Shown: positions 48,510 to 58,378, counted from the first letter of the stretch. The stretch is 64,000 nucleotides of DNA from Candidatus Mesolinea sp. (GCA_034430095.1 DAOUFK010000002.1:7617-71616); one strand, 5' to 3'. Notes: generated by a model not told the origin, from the sequence alone. Translations and numbers: made by a program.

Positions 48510-48827
48510 ATGAAGATGAAACCTACCTGCCCCATTGAAAAAGCGACCTCGTTCCTTGGCACCAAGTGGACGCTGGGAATCATCTATTTCCTCCAGGAGC
48601 CGCGGAGGTATTGTGAACTGCAAGAGTTGTTAGGCGGGATTAACCCCGTCACACTGACCCAGCGCCTTAAACTGCTGGAGGCAGAGGGAATCTTGAACCG
48701 CGAAGTGATCCCTGATGCCCAGCGGCATGTCGAATATAAGCTCAGCGCAAAAGGGAAGGACCTTGTTGCAGTTTATCAAGACTTGAGCATGTGGGTTTCG
48801 CGTTGGTATCCAGAGGAGGCATATTGA
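48510..48827 (+). CDS. HxlR-family transcriptional regulator
   Basis: The CPIEKATSFLGTKWTLGIIYFL motif is typical of HxlR. The start is ambiguous (GTG 48507, ATG 48510 or ATG 48516). Confidence 0.8.
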   Translation: MKMKPTCPIEKATSFLGTKWTLGIIYFLQEPRRYCELQELLGGINPVTLTQRLKLLEAEGILNREVIPDAQRHVEYKLSAKGKDLVAVYQDLSMWVSRWYPEEAY

Positions 48828-48934
48828 GAAAAATCGAAACCATTGACCTAACTCAGTTTGGTATCCAAACTATTGGTAACTATTGTGACCCCCTAACCGG
48901 GGAATGCTATTCTGATGATGCAAAGGAGAAAATC

Positions 48935-49099
48935 ATGGAAACAAGAATCGATCCCGTCTGCAAGATGGAAGTGAAAGTGGAAGGCGCTCAATACGTGAGT
49001 GAATATGCCGGAGAAAAGTATTACTTCTGCTCGGCTGGCTGCCAGGAGGCATTCGAAGAGCATCCGGAAAAGTATGTCGAAGGCGCTGCCAAAGCTTAG
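48935..49099 (+). CDS. YHS/TRASH-domain metal-binding protein
   Basis: The core reads DPVCKMEV...YYFCSAGCQEAFEEHPEKY. The start is ATG 48935, after AAGGAG. I reject the longer ORF starting at 48791. Confidence 0.7.
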   Translation: METRIDPVCKMEVKVEGAQYVSEYAGEKYYFCSAGCQEAFEEHPEKYVEGAAKA

Positions 49100-49114
49100 C
49101 TTAGCAGTGACTTA

Positions 49115-49151
49115 TTTGACTCATTCCGGCACTTGGCCGGAATGAGTCAAA
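49115..49151 (+). terminator. strong hairpin downstream of the YHS gene
   Basis: A 16-bp perfect stem (tttgactcattccggc / gccggaatgagtcaaa) with a 5-nt loop. No T-run follows, so terminator function is uncertain. Confidence 0.4.
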
Positions 49152-49290
49152 CTAATCATCAAAGATCGAGGTATTTTGCTTAGCATGCACACTTTAAAGC
49201 CACCTATTTTTCTTATTATTTATGTTTGCCCCTGCTGTTACCAGGGGCAGCGGACAAAACTTAATCAATTTACGCTAGCGGAGAAAAACG

Positions 49291-50238
49291 ATGCTTAATA
49301 TCCCCCAGCCCTTAGCCATTGCCGTGGACCGCATTCATCCGGATACCTTACCAGGCTACGTGCACCTTAAAGTTATCGATCTTGATAATCAAGTAATGTT
49401 TTATCAACAGGCGATTGGCTTGCAGCTCAATTGGCGCGAAGGCAACAGTGCCGGCTTGGGCATCGAGGGCAGGGACATTGTCCGTCTGACTCAGATTGCC
49501 AAAGGTCGGCGTTATCATGGGGTTACAGGTATTTATCACTTTGCAATTCTTTTTCCGAAACGGCGAGAACTGGCTCGGGTTGTGGCGCGCCTTTTCTCAA
49601 TGCGCTGGCAAAACTATCCAACGGACCATTTAATGACCAAGACGACTTATGTAGATGACCCCGAAGGCAACACGATTGAGCTTTATTGTGAATCTCCTGA
49701 AGATGGTATCTCTGAGGTAGTCAATGGTGAGTTTGTTGCGCGTCATGCCGACGGAAGACCTAGCAATGGGCGCGAACCATTAGACCTCGATGAGCTCTTT
49801 TCCCACCTAACGCCTGAGGATCAGTTGGATTTAAATGTGCCGCCAGAAACACGCATGGGTCATTTTCATCTCTATGTGGCTGATCTGACAGAGACTCGCC
49901 GCTTTTACCACGAAATCTTAGGCTTTGATGATATGGGTGTAGCCAGGAGCTTCCGCATGGGTATGGTCTCGGCAGGCGGCTACCATCATCATATTGGCTT
50001 CAACACCTGGCAGGGTGAAGGCGCGCCGCCGCCCCCTGAAGATGCGCTTGGGCTGCTCTATTTCACCTTCAATTTGCCCAATGCCCAGGAGCTCGAGCGC
50101 ATGGATGGTTTATTAGCCCAAAAAGGGGTGGCATTTGAGCGCCGGCCGGATGGATTGTTTCTGCATGATCCCTCACGTAACGCTTTGCTGTTGAGCACTG
50201 CGGATTTATTACTACCAGCCTCTTTAGAGGAGATATGA
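49291..50238 (+). CDS. two-domain VOC (glyoxalase/extradiol dioxygenase-like) protein
   Basis: Two repeats of the glyoxalase-fold pattern are present (HLKVIDLDNQVMFYQQAIGL and HFHLYVADLTETRRFYHEILGF). Confidence 0.75.
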   Translation: MLNIPQPLAIAVDRIHPDTLPGYVHLKVIDLDNQVMFYQQAIGLQLNWREGNSAGLGIEGRDIVRLTQIAKGRRYHGVTGIYHFAILFPKRRELARVVARLFSMRWQNYPTDHLMTKTTYVDDPEGNTIELYCESPEDGISEVVNGEFVARHADGRPSNGREPLDLDELFSHLTPEDQLDLNVPPETRMGHFHLYVADLTETRRFYHEILGFDDMGVARSFRMGMVSAGGYHHHIGFNTWQGEGAPPPPEDALGLLYFTFNLPNAQELERMDGLLAQKGVAFERRPDGLFLHDPSRNALLLSTADLLLPASLEEI

Positions 50239-50888
50239 TGCCTGAACTTAGGATTGATTTTTATCACGACGTGCTTTGAGTGTGGTGCTTTTTAGCCTCG
50301 GCGAGGCTACGGCGCATTATCAAAGATTACCCTCAGCTGAATATTGTGCACCATGCTTTTGCCTTAGCACCTGAGCTGGAATCCATTTCTCGCATGTTCG
50401 GCAATGCGAAAGAAGGCAAGGAGGAAATTATGGGCCACTGGGCGGCAGCTGCTTCCCAGCCGGATGGCGAAGCAATCAACGTGGCGTTGATGCGCAGCCG
50501 CAGCTTTCCCTACCCTTATTCGATGCCTGGTTTGTTAGCTTGTAAAGCAGCCGAGATGCAGGGGGGCATGCCAGCGCACTGGGATATGTTCGACCGCGTG
50601 CAGTGGGCGCATGCGGTGGAAGCGCGCAACATCACCGATAGCGCTGTGCTCAGGGATTGTGCTGCGGAAATTGGCTTGGATGTTGCCCGCTGGGAAGCGG
50701 ATTTTGCCAGCCCAGAGGCAAAGCAGGCGGTGCAAAACGATCTGCGCGAGGCACAACAGTTGGGCGTAAACGCCGTACCGACGCTGATCTTCAACCAGCG
50801 TTGGATCCTGCCTGGGGCAGTGCCCGAAAGCATGCTGCGGCAAATCGTTGAAAACTTGCTGGAAGGGAAAGAACCAACTGCTCGTTAA
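50235..50888 (+). CDS. DsbA/FrnE-family thiol:disulfide oxidoreductase with an in-frame TGA at the first Cys of CxxC (candidate selenoprotein, or a nonsense pseudogene)
   Basis: ATG 50235 follows GAGGAG and overlaps the upstream stop. The translation is MMPELRIDFYHDVL-TGA-VWCFLASARL..., so TGA (50277-50279) sits where the family has CxxC. The C-terminal GVNAVPTLIF motif is present. The ORF-track call (50280-50888) starts right after the TGA. Confidence 0.6.
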
Positions 50889-51345
50889 CTTTCATACCTG
50901 AATTAAATCGGCTCCAGCTCAGCACCGTAATCTTTGGATTTCGATATGCATCTAATAAGTCATTAGCTACCAGATTTAGCCAAAATTCTGCTTATATTAC
51001 GGGTTGATACAAGGGGGCTTGCTATGTGTCGCAGCTATCCTGGGTATAATTCTTGCGACGGATTCGACTGTGATCATTTGCATCACTCAATAACCAATGT
51101 ACTTTTGAAACAAGACGCCTTTGCTTGTGTTTTTGACAAGAACATTACTCATGATATTATTTCACTGGTAGAATGTATAATAATTACATCATCATTCTAT
51201 ATTTATTATAGGAAGGCGTACAACTCGACCAAGTTTATGCGGAGCGCTTGAAATGCAAGTGGACTGAAATTCTAAATCACCAATCTACCAATCTCTATCG
51301 GGAGGAAAAAGCATGAAAAATTAACCGTACTTCATTCTTGGAATA

Positions 51346-51900
51346 ATGGTTGTGCTGAGCGTTGTTCTATCTGCATGTGCAGGTCCAATTGAAGCTCCAA
51401 CGGAGTTTCCAACAAAAGCCCCAACGAAAGCTCCAACTACAGCTCCGACAAAAGCACCAACAAGAACACCAACCGAAACTCCGACAGAAGTGCCGACAGA
51501 GGAACCCATTGAATATGGTCAGATTAAGATTTGGAATTGGAATAATCCTGAGTTCTACTTGACTTATGACAAAGCAAAATGGGAAGCTACAGAATACGAC
51601 TCACTTGACTCAAAACTCTACCCAGGCTGTAACATTGCTGCCAATGGCTTTCGCGATGGCGGACCAGATGGGCCTCCGCCTTATACATACGAATCTGACA
51701 CTCATTTCTTTGCTGACACAGAGTTTTCATTGGAACTTGAAATCCCCAAGGCGACCGGAGTTGCGGATATGATCCATGTCTATTGGGATGATTACGCATA
51801 TCAATTAGCTCTTTTCCCAAGTACTGAAAACTATGATGAGTGCGTTGCGGAATTTTGGGAAGTAATGGAACTTTCCATAGCCAACAATTTTGGTCAATAG
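51346..51900 (+). CDS. lipoprotein with Pro/Thr-rich linker, unknown function
   Basis: Lipobox LSAC followed by (A/E)PTKAPT repeats. The upstream in-frame ATG 51313 has a strong SD but is separated from this ORF by a TAA codon (see finding). Confidence 0.55.
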   Translation: MVVLSVVLSACAGPIEAPTEFPTKAPTKAPTTAPTKAPTRTPTETPTEVPTEEPIEYGQIKIWNWNNPEFYLTYDKAKWEATEYDSLDSKLYPGCNIAANGFRDGGPDGPPPYTYESDTHFFADTEFSLELEIPKATGVADMIHVYWDDYAYQLALFPSTENYDECVAEFWEVMELSIANNFGQ

Positions 51901-52284
51901 TTTCGAGGCATTAAAACATATATATTAGAACCAAATTATCCGATTGAGGTTTTATAAGGGATCTCACTGGTCGATGGTTCCATCAATTTTTTGTGCTAGG
52001 GTGATGAATAACTTTTGTTAATCGATTAGATCCAGATTCTTAAAAAATATTTTTTATCTGCCTTCATCTTGAAGCAATTTCCCCTCACCAGCATCCGGGA
52101 GGACAGTTTTGGTTTGAAAACAGAAGCTGGAAAAAGCATCATAATATTGTTCTGTTATAAATAAAAATGGGTCGAGAATGTACTTTCTTTTTCCTTTTTC
52201 AAAACACTCTCGATACAATTCTTAAGATATCCTCTCCATAGGGTATAATCCTAAGCCTTGAACCTTATATGAGAAAGAGATTTT

Positions 52285-53652
52285 ATGGCTAAAACAACTG
52301 TACCTTGCCCTCGCTGCCGCACGCCTATCGTGGTGGAGATCACCCGGCTTTTCGACATGAATACCGACCCCCAGGCGAAAGATAAACTGCTTTCTGGAGC
52401 AGCCAACTTTATTTCCTGCCCAGTGTGCCACTATGAAGGCATCTATCCCACCCCCATTGTCTATCACGACCCGGAAAAAGAGCTGCTGCTCACCTACTAC
52501 CCGCCGGAATTAAACGTGCCTTTGCCAGAACAGGAAAAGATTATTGGACCCCTAATCAAAAAAGTGGTTGATGATCTCCTACCGGCTAAGCGTAAGGCTT
52601 ACCTCTTCCAACCACAAACCATGCTTACCCAACAGCATCTCTTCGAAACCATCCTCAAGGCGGATGGCATTACTCCAGAGATGATGAAAGCACAACAGGA
52701 AAAACTTCGCCTAATCCAAGACATGGTAGCGGCTTCACAAGATGCGCTGCCAGAAATTATTAAGCAGAATGACGGAAAAATCGATGAGGAACTATTTGTC
52801 CTTATTTCACGCTTAGCCGAGGCTTCGGCTGCCGGCGGAGATCAGCAAGGAGCGCAATTACTGGTTGGGCTGCAACGCGCCTTGCTCGAGCATTCTACTT
52901 ATGGCAGAAAACTTGCCGAAGAAGCTCAAGAGACTCAAGCAGCGATCCAAAGCCTACAGGAATTGAGCCAGGGGGGTGGGATTACGCGCGAATCTTTACT
53001 CGATTTGCTGATCAAGTCAGCGGATTCGGACGTGCGCCTGACCGCGCTGGTAACCCTCGTACGCGACGGCTTAGATTACTCCTTCTTCACCTTGCTTTCC
53101 GATCGCATCGAGCAAGCCACCGTGGAGGAACGCCCTAAGTTGGTTGCGTTGCGTGATAGGCTGCTTAAGCTCATCGATAAAGTGGATCAGGCGCGCGAAG
53201 CGCAGGCTGCGGCAGCCCAAGCTTTGCTCGATGAGCTGCTCCAGGCTGAGAATATTGAACAAGCTACCCAACAAGCGCTCCCGCAAATGGATCAGGCTTT
53301 TGTGGACGTACTCAACCACGCCGTTGACCAAGCCGAGAAAGCCAATGACGAGGAAAAGCTTCGTAAATTAGCGATCATTATTGCCATTTTACAAGCTTCC
53401 AGTCAATCTGGACGCTACATTCAGTTGATCGAGACGCTCTTACAGGCACAGGATGAAGCTGCACGCCACGCAATTTTTGAAAAAGCCGGCGATGCCGTGA
53501 ATGCAGATTTTCTGCAGATTCTTAACCAAGTGACAGCCCAAATCGAGCAATCGAACAATCAACATGAAATGGTAGAGCAATTAAAGGAAATTTACCGTGA
53601 AGCGCTGCGCTATTCGATGCAGCGAAACTTAGACCAGAGCGCTTCTGCTTAA
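52285..53652 (+). CDS. CpXC-domain protein with a long helical C-terminal region
   Basis: The N-terminus has CPRCR...(34 aa)...CPVCH, arranged as in the CpXC zinc-ribbon family. The remainder is Ala/Gln/Leu-rich and helical. Confidence 0.6.
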   Translation: MAKTTVPCPRCRTPIVVEITRLFDMNTDPQAKDKLLSGAANFISCPVCHYEGIYPTPIVYHDPEKELLLTYYPPELNVPLPEQEKIIGPLIKKVVDDLLPAKRKAYLFQPQTMLTQQHLFETILKADGITPEMMKAQQEKLRLIQDMVAASQDALPEIIKQNDGKIDEELFVLISRLAEASAAGGDQQGAQLLVGLQRALLEHSTYGRKLAEEAQETQAAIQSLQELSQGGGITRESLLDLLIKSADSDVRLTALVTLVRDGLDYSFFTLLSDRIEQATVEERPKLVALRDRLLKLIDKVDQAREAQAAAAQALLDELLQAENIEQATQQALPQMDQAFVDVLNHAVDQAEKANDEEKLRKLAIIIAILQASSQSGRYIQLIETLLQAQDEAARHAIFEKAGDAVNADFLQILNQVTAQIEQSNNQHEMVEQLKEIYREALRYSMQRNLDQSASA

Positions 53653-54293
53653 TGCGGCTGATTTTCTAAGCGTAACCCGTGACCCCGAACTGTGACGATG
53701 TATTCATAGTCGGGGTCAAGTTGATTAATCCGCTCGCGAAGGCGACGGACAAGCGCGTCTAAGGCTTGTTCGGTGACCCAGCTGCCTTCTTCGCCCCATA
53801 CGGCGTTGATGAGCTCATCCCGCGAAACGACCTCGCCCGCCTTTTGATAAAGCGCAGCAAGAAGGTTGAACTGTTGAGCAGAAAGAGGTGGTTCAATTTC
53901 AACCCCCCGCACCCACACCCGCCGAGAAGCTTCGTCCAGCCGCAGCACAAAGGCTTGTTGGAACTCCTCTGGCAAGTCCGTGAGCGGCAAGGTTGCATCA
54001 GCACTGAGGAATAAGAAGGTTTGCGTAAAGGCAATGCGGATTTCATCACCCTCATGCAGCTGCTGGGAGCCAACAATCCGCTGGCTATTAAGATAGGTGC
54101 CGTTCTTACTGCCTAAGTCCTCCAGGAATACGCCTTCGGTAGAAAGATAGATGCGTGCGTGCCGGCGTGAGATTTGGCGGTCTGGGATAACAATTTCACA
54201 GCTATCTTCCCGACCGATGATCAGCTCGCTGTTTACCGGCCACTGTAAGCCTTTGAGAGGACCACTGTCTGCAAGTACAATCAGGTTTTCCAT
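53649..54293 (-). CDS. FHA domain + OmpR/PhoB-type winged-helix DNA-binding domain protein
   Basis: The FHA core reads IGREDSCEIVIPDRQISRRHARI...LEDLGSKNGTYLN. The C-terminal part, LSAQQFNLLAALYQKAGEVVSRDELINAVWG...TVRGHGLRL, is a trans_reg_C pattern. Confidence 0.8.
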   Translation of the reverse strand: MENLIVLADSGPLKGLQWPVNSELIIGREDSCEIVIPDRQISRRHARIYLSTEGVFLEDLGSKNGTYLNSQRIVGSQQLHEGDEIRIAFTQTFLFLSADATLPLTDLPEEFQQAFVLRLDEASRRVWVRGVEIEPPLSAQQFNLLAALYQKAGEVVSRDELINAVWGEEGSWVTEQALDALVRRLRERINQLDPDYEYIVTVRGHGLRLENQPH

Positions 54294-54431
54294 CTGCTCC
54301 GCGAATCAGATATAATACATTTAGCGCTTAGTAACTTTTATTATAACGCACCCGATATTTGATTTTGCTTCCTGGGAACGCCGAACCTCCAGGTGGCAGG
54401 GTGATCTAAATATAAGGAGAAGGAAGACCCA

Positions 54432-55424
54432 ATGCCTGCACATCATGCTCAGGGCACAATTTTGCACGAGCGTTACCGCATCGACCGTGTTATTGGTCAG
54501 GGAGGATATGGTTTTATCTACCTGGCAGAAGATTTGCGCCTGAGTGGACGCTACTGTGCGGTAAAAGAAGTTTCTTATGATCCTTCGCTCCCGCCAGAGT
54601 TGCTAAAAGAATCTCGTGAGCAATTCCAGCGCGAAGCTACCGTTTTGGCACGCCTGGATCATCCTAACTTACCCAAGGTTTCCGATTACTTTTCCATCGA
54701 GGAGCGTGACTATTTGGTCATGGATTACGTCCCCGGTGATGACCTGCGTACGCTCGTCAGTAAAGCTGCACAGACGGGGGAATACTTAGAAGAGGAAGAG
54801 GTACTGGACTGGGCGCGGCAAATTGGCGATGCCCTCGAATACCTGCACAACCAGGAACCTCCCATCGTGCATCGGGATATCAAGCCTTCGAACCTAAAAC
54901 TGACCCCCAATGGTCGGGTAAAGCTGGTCGATTTTGGCTTGGTCAAGCTGTTAGCCCCAGGCGAAGTAACCATCACCATCTTGCAGGGGCAAGGAACCGC
55001 TATTTACACCCCGCTGGAGCAATATGGTGGGGATTCCCTGCATACCGATCGGCGAGCAGATATCTATGCCTTCGGTGCCACGCTTTATCACTTACTCACC
55101 AACCAGCCGCCCGTCAATGTCCGCGACCGCTTTTTGGATCCTCATAGCTTACCCAATCCACGGACAATCAACCCCGCCATTTCTACACGTGTGGCGGATG
55201 CTATCCTCTGGGCGATGGCGCTGCACCCCGACGATCGACCGGCTGATGTGAGTCAATTTATAAAGGCGCTCACCGGCGAAACGACCACAAGCCTGCGTAA
55301 TGGCTATAGCAATAGCAGCCCGCACCGGCATGCAAAAATCGGCACGTTAGAGCAGCGCTTGATAGCGATAGCTGCCAGTTTAGGCTTCCTTACTTTACTA
55401 CTCACCTTGCTGCGCAATCTCTAA
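54432..55424 (+). CDS. Hanks-type serine/threonine protein kinase, C-terminally membrane-anchored
   Basis: Kinase motifs GQGGYGFIY, AVKE, HRDIKPSN, DFG and TPLEQ. A C-terminal hydrophobic helix is present. Confidence 0.9.
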   Translation: MPAHHAQGTILHERYRIDRVIGQGGYGFIYLAEDLRLSGRYCAVKEVSYDPSLPPELLKESREQFQREATVLARLDHPNLPKVSDYFSIEERDYLVMDYVPGDDLRTLVSKAAQTGEYLEEEEVLDWARQIGDALEYLHNQEPPIVHRDIKPSNLKLTPNGRVKLVDFGLVKLLAPGEVTITILQGQGTAIYTPLEQYGGDSLHTDRRADIYAFGATLYHLLTNQPPVNVRDRFLDPHSLPNPRTINPAISTRVADAILWAMALHPDDRPADVSQFIKALTGETTTSLRNGYSNSSPHRHAKIGTLEQRLIAIAASLGFLTLLLTLLRNL

Positions 55425-55576
55425 GCTTACTGCTGAGGAATCACATAACTAAATGACTTAGAGGATCTTTACCCATGCCACTGAGTAATGAAAATTTTAT
55501 TGGGTGAGGAAGGGCAGACGAAGAAGCTAAAATTTAGGCTATGGAGTGCGCGCTACTCCTGGCGTATTTGCAAAGG

Positions 55577-58378
55577 TTAATGCTTACCCGATATGGGATT
55601 ACTCAGGGTCATCCACCAGAGCAAGGCTGCTACCCAGCCGATAAGCATTCCGACCAGAGTGACCTCCACAATAAACCAAGTGCCCCCTTCGCGGACTAAG
55701 TCTTCTAAACCTCCGATGCCTAAGGTAAGCAGCAGATAAGTGCTAAAACCGCCAATCAGGGCGCACAACCCAGAACGGATGCCCCACTGCTGGGTACCCC
55801 ACCAGAAACGTCCGGTGGCGTAAGCTGCGCCAAAGCCCAAAGCCATAAAAATGAGGGTCATCAACCAATCAATCATATCCGGATAGCCGCTGGGGTTGGG
55901 AGGTAACGTTTCCGTTGCGATGGGGCTAACTTCATAGGTTGGGGTCAGTGTTGGGGTAGGCGTGGAGGTACTGGTTGGGGTGGGTGTGGGCATGATCAAC
56001 TGCGCCAAACCGCCCTGTGTATTGAGGATTAATATACCAGAAGTATTGGCAGGTTCACTACTAGCGGTCACTTCAAAGATTCCGTCCCGCTCGATACGAT
56101 ATTCAATGGTGGCTAAGCCATCCACGGTGGTGGCTTGGGGTTGGGCGATAATCGCCTGATCGCCGGCTAAGCGGATAGTGAATTGCACCACAGTGCCATC
56201 AGGCACAATATGCTGGTTGTGGTCATGAATTACACCGGCTTGAATTTTTACTGTCTCTCCCACCACAAATAACGGAACAGGCGTTGTTTCTCCACCTGTT
56301 GGAGTTTCGGTACCGCTAGGGGTGCTTTGAGGGACATCCCTTGGGCTGATTAATGTTATCGGGATGACTTGGTTCGGATCTGGTGAAGTTACGACCATTA
56401 GGTCGTAACCCACTGCAGGCAAAGATACTGGCAGTGAGCCTGTTGGTTGCACCTCTTGCATGAGCACACGCGCTGCGACGTCAATGAATGCTTGGCTGCT
56501 GGAATAAAGGCCATAATACGCTGATAATTTGGAGATTTCAGTTGCATCCAGGTAGTAGGGGGCATCATAAGAAAAAACAACGATCTTTTTCTCGCGCAGC
56601 AAATCAAAGCGCTCTGCTAGCATGCGGCGCAAGGCGTATGTTTCTGGCAAATCGAGGTCTAAATCTTTTATGTTGAAAATCACCCATTGAGCGCGATTTA
56701 GGTTGGATGGTAAATAAGGATCAATTCCTTCAGTATTCCCATTGAGGAAGTCGATGAGCTGCTTGAATGTATAGGAGTTCAGCCGATTGGCTAAAATCAG
56801 ATTGCTGCCTGAGGGTCCATAGAGACTAAGCAGTGAGTTCTGGAATGCGTAATTTGGCAAATCATAAAGCACCTGGCAAGTGCTGCATTGGCGCTGCGTG
56901 CGTTCATCGGTAAAGATAATGATTGAGTCGTATGTTTCGGGCGGGCTAGGCAAGAGTGCATTGAGGTCTTCTGGGCTGGGTGAAATCAACGTTACTGCTT
57001 CTCGGGCGACGTTAAAATTGATTTCCTCAGCCTGCCCAAGGTTAGCTGAGCTTGTTGGGTCTGGGACGATAGTTTCTGGGTTAAAGCTGCCATAAAGTTC
57101 GAGCTTTGCTCTGAGGATGCGCAGCACAGCGGCGTCCACACGTTTGGCAAAGACAGAATCCTCTTCATATTTGCTGGCAAAGAGCTGCAGCGTGCGCGTG
57201 ATCGTTTCGTATGCGCTTTGGTCCAAAGGAGCTTTGAAATCATGTACGTAAAGCAAGTCATTGCCGGCTAAAAAAGCTGTCCGGGCGATGTTGAAGGCAT
57301 CAAAGGTTTGTCCGGTTGGGTCAAAAAAATTACGCACTGTGCGGCTGCCCAAGCTGTTGGAAACGGTTAAACCGCCAGCAGAGCGCCAGTTAGCGATAGG
57401 TTCTACCGCCAGCAGCTGCTCCAAAGCTGTGGCATCAAAGCTGACCGGGCGGGTGGTCGCGCGGATATTGCCCTGAAAGCCCTGAAAGCGAATATGCGCA
57501 ATCATCAAGCCGTCCACTTGGCTGGCAGGGTCTTCTGCAGAGGTGACTGTGAAGAAAGGCGCCAGCTCGATCTGCTTGAGCTGCTCTAAGGATTTGCGTA
57601 CCGTAGAAACCTCTTCCTCTGGGGAGCGATCGGCGCTGCCCAAACCGGGGAAGTTGCGCGCGATCACGCTAAGCCTGCCTTGGCTGCCGCTATGTAAGCC
57701 AGCCACATAAGCTTGCCCCAATTCCCCTACCCAATATTGGTCACCCCCAAAAAGCGATGGACCTGCATAACGCGCAGCCTCTATGTTCGCCGTGTCGGCG
57801 ACGTCTAGTGTGGGGCCGAGATAGAGGTTGAAGCCCAAAGCAGCCAACTCGCTGCCCATCACTTGCCCGACCTCCTCAGCTAACTCTGGTGACCAAGTGG
57901 CTCCCAAGCTCATTTGGTTAGGCAAAGGTGTGAGCCCGCTCAGGATTTGATCGTTTCCGCTGCCACCCTGCTCAATACCGATATAAAGCGGTATATAAAC
58001 GGGAGTAGGCTGGGGCGGCGTGGTATCTGGCAATGGCTGGGTCTTCTCCCAAGCTGTGTTTTGCATGGAGGCAATCAGGCTTTGGGCGGCTTGCGCAGTG
58101 TCCACATCTACAAAGTTATCCTGATCAGCGCGCAGCACAAACCCACCGACATGCCAGTTCGTGATGAGATCATAGAGCTCAGAATCCGGATCGATATCTG
58201 TTCCCTTGAAAGTAACCAAGAAAAGCTGCCCCACTTTTTCCGCTGGGGTCATTTGGGCAAGAAGTCCTTCAGCTTGGTCAGCTTGCGCAGGGGCACTTGC
58301 CCGCGCACCTGCCGGTAAGGCGCAGATGAGTAACATCAACGCGAGGACCAAGCGGAGAGAAACTTTAAACTGCTTCAT
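55577..58378 (-). CDS. glycoside hydrolase family 3 (NagZ-like) protein with PT-rich linker and C-terminal multi-pass membrane domain
   Basis: Signal peptide present. GH3 N-terminal motifs include KVGQLF and ARNFPGLGSADR. A PTPTPTSTSTPTPT linker is followed by about 4 TM helices. The start ATG 58378 forms an ATGA overlap with the upstream stop. Confidence 0.8.
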   Translation of the reverse strand: MKQFKVSLRLVLALMLLICALPAGARASAPAQADQAEGLLAQMTPAEKVGQLFLVTFKGTDIDPDSELYDLITNWHVGGFVLRADQDNFVDVDTAQAAQSLIASMQNTAWEKTQPLPDTTPPQPTPVYIPLYIGIEQGGSGNDQILSGLTPLPNQMSLGATWSPELAEEVGQVMGSELAALGFNLYLGPTLDVADTANIEAARYAGPSLFGGDQYWVGELGQAYVAGLHSGSQGRLSVIARNFPGLGSADRSPEEEVSTVRKSLEQLKQIELAPFFTVTSAEDPASQVDGLMIAHIRFQGFQGNIRATTRPVSFDATALEQLLAVEPIANWRSAGGLTVSNSLGSRTVRNFFDPTGQTFDAFNIARTAFLAGNDLLYVHDFKAPLDQSAYETITRTLQLFASKYEEDSVFAKRVDAAVLRILRAKLELYGSFNPETIVPDPTSSANLGQAEEINFNVAREAVTLISPSPEDLNALLPSPPETYDSIIIFTDERTQRQCSTCQVLYDLPNYAFQNSLLSLYGPSGSNLILANRLNSYTFKQLIDFLNGNTEGIDPYLPSNLNRAQWVIFNIKDLDLDLPETYALRRMLAERFDLLREKKIVVFSYDAPYYLDATEISKLSAYYGLYSSSQAFIDVAARVLMQEVQPTGSLPVSLPAVGYDLMVVTSPDPNQVIPITLISPRDVPQSTPSGTETPTGGETTPVPLFVVGETVKIQAGVIHDHNQHIVPDGTVVQFTIRLAGDQAIIAQPQATTVDGLATIEYRIERDGIFEVTASSEPANTSGILILNTQGGLAQLIMPTPTPTSTSTPTPTLTPTYEVSPIATETLPPNPSGYPDMIDWLMTLIFMALGFGAAYATGRFWWGTQQWGIRSGLCALIGGFSTYLLLTLGIGGLEDLVREGGTWFIVEVTLVGMLIGWVAALLWWMTLSNPISGKH

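Noticed and set aside
48791-48934. Long N-terminal extension of the YHS-domain ORF, overlapping the HxlR gene
   Set aside because: The extension overlaps the HxlR 3' end and has no similarity to the domain. The internal ATG 48935 has a perfect AAGGAG SD and gives a typical ~54-aa YHS protein.
51024-51251. 75-aa Cys-rich ORF in the AT-rich gap after the DsbA-like gene
   Set aside because: It has no SD, an odd composition and no recognisable family. AT-rich spacers often give such ORFs. A small protein cannot be excluded, but the ORF is not supportable.
51400-51500. Pro/Thr-rich repeats (also at about 55950-56000 and about 63740-63830) as a shared mobile or repeat element
   Set aside because: These are low-complexity linker-coding segments in three unrelated secreted proteins. 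The similarity comes from composition, not from a conserved nucleotide repeat.
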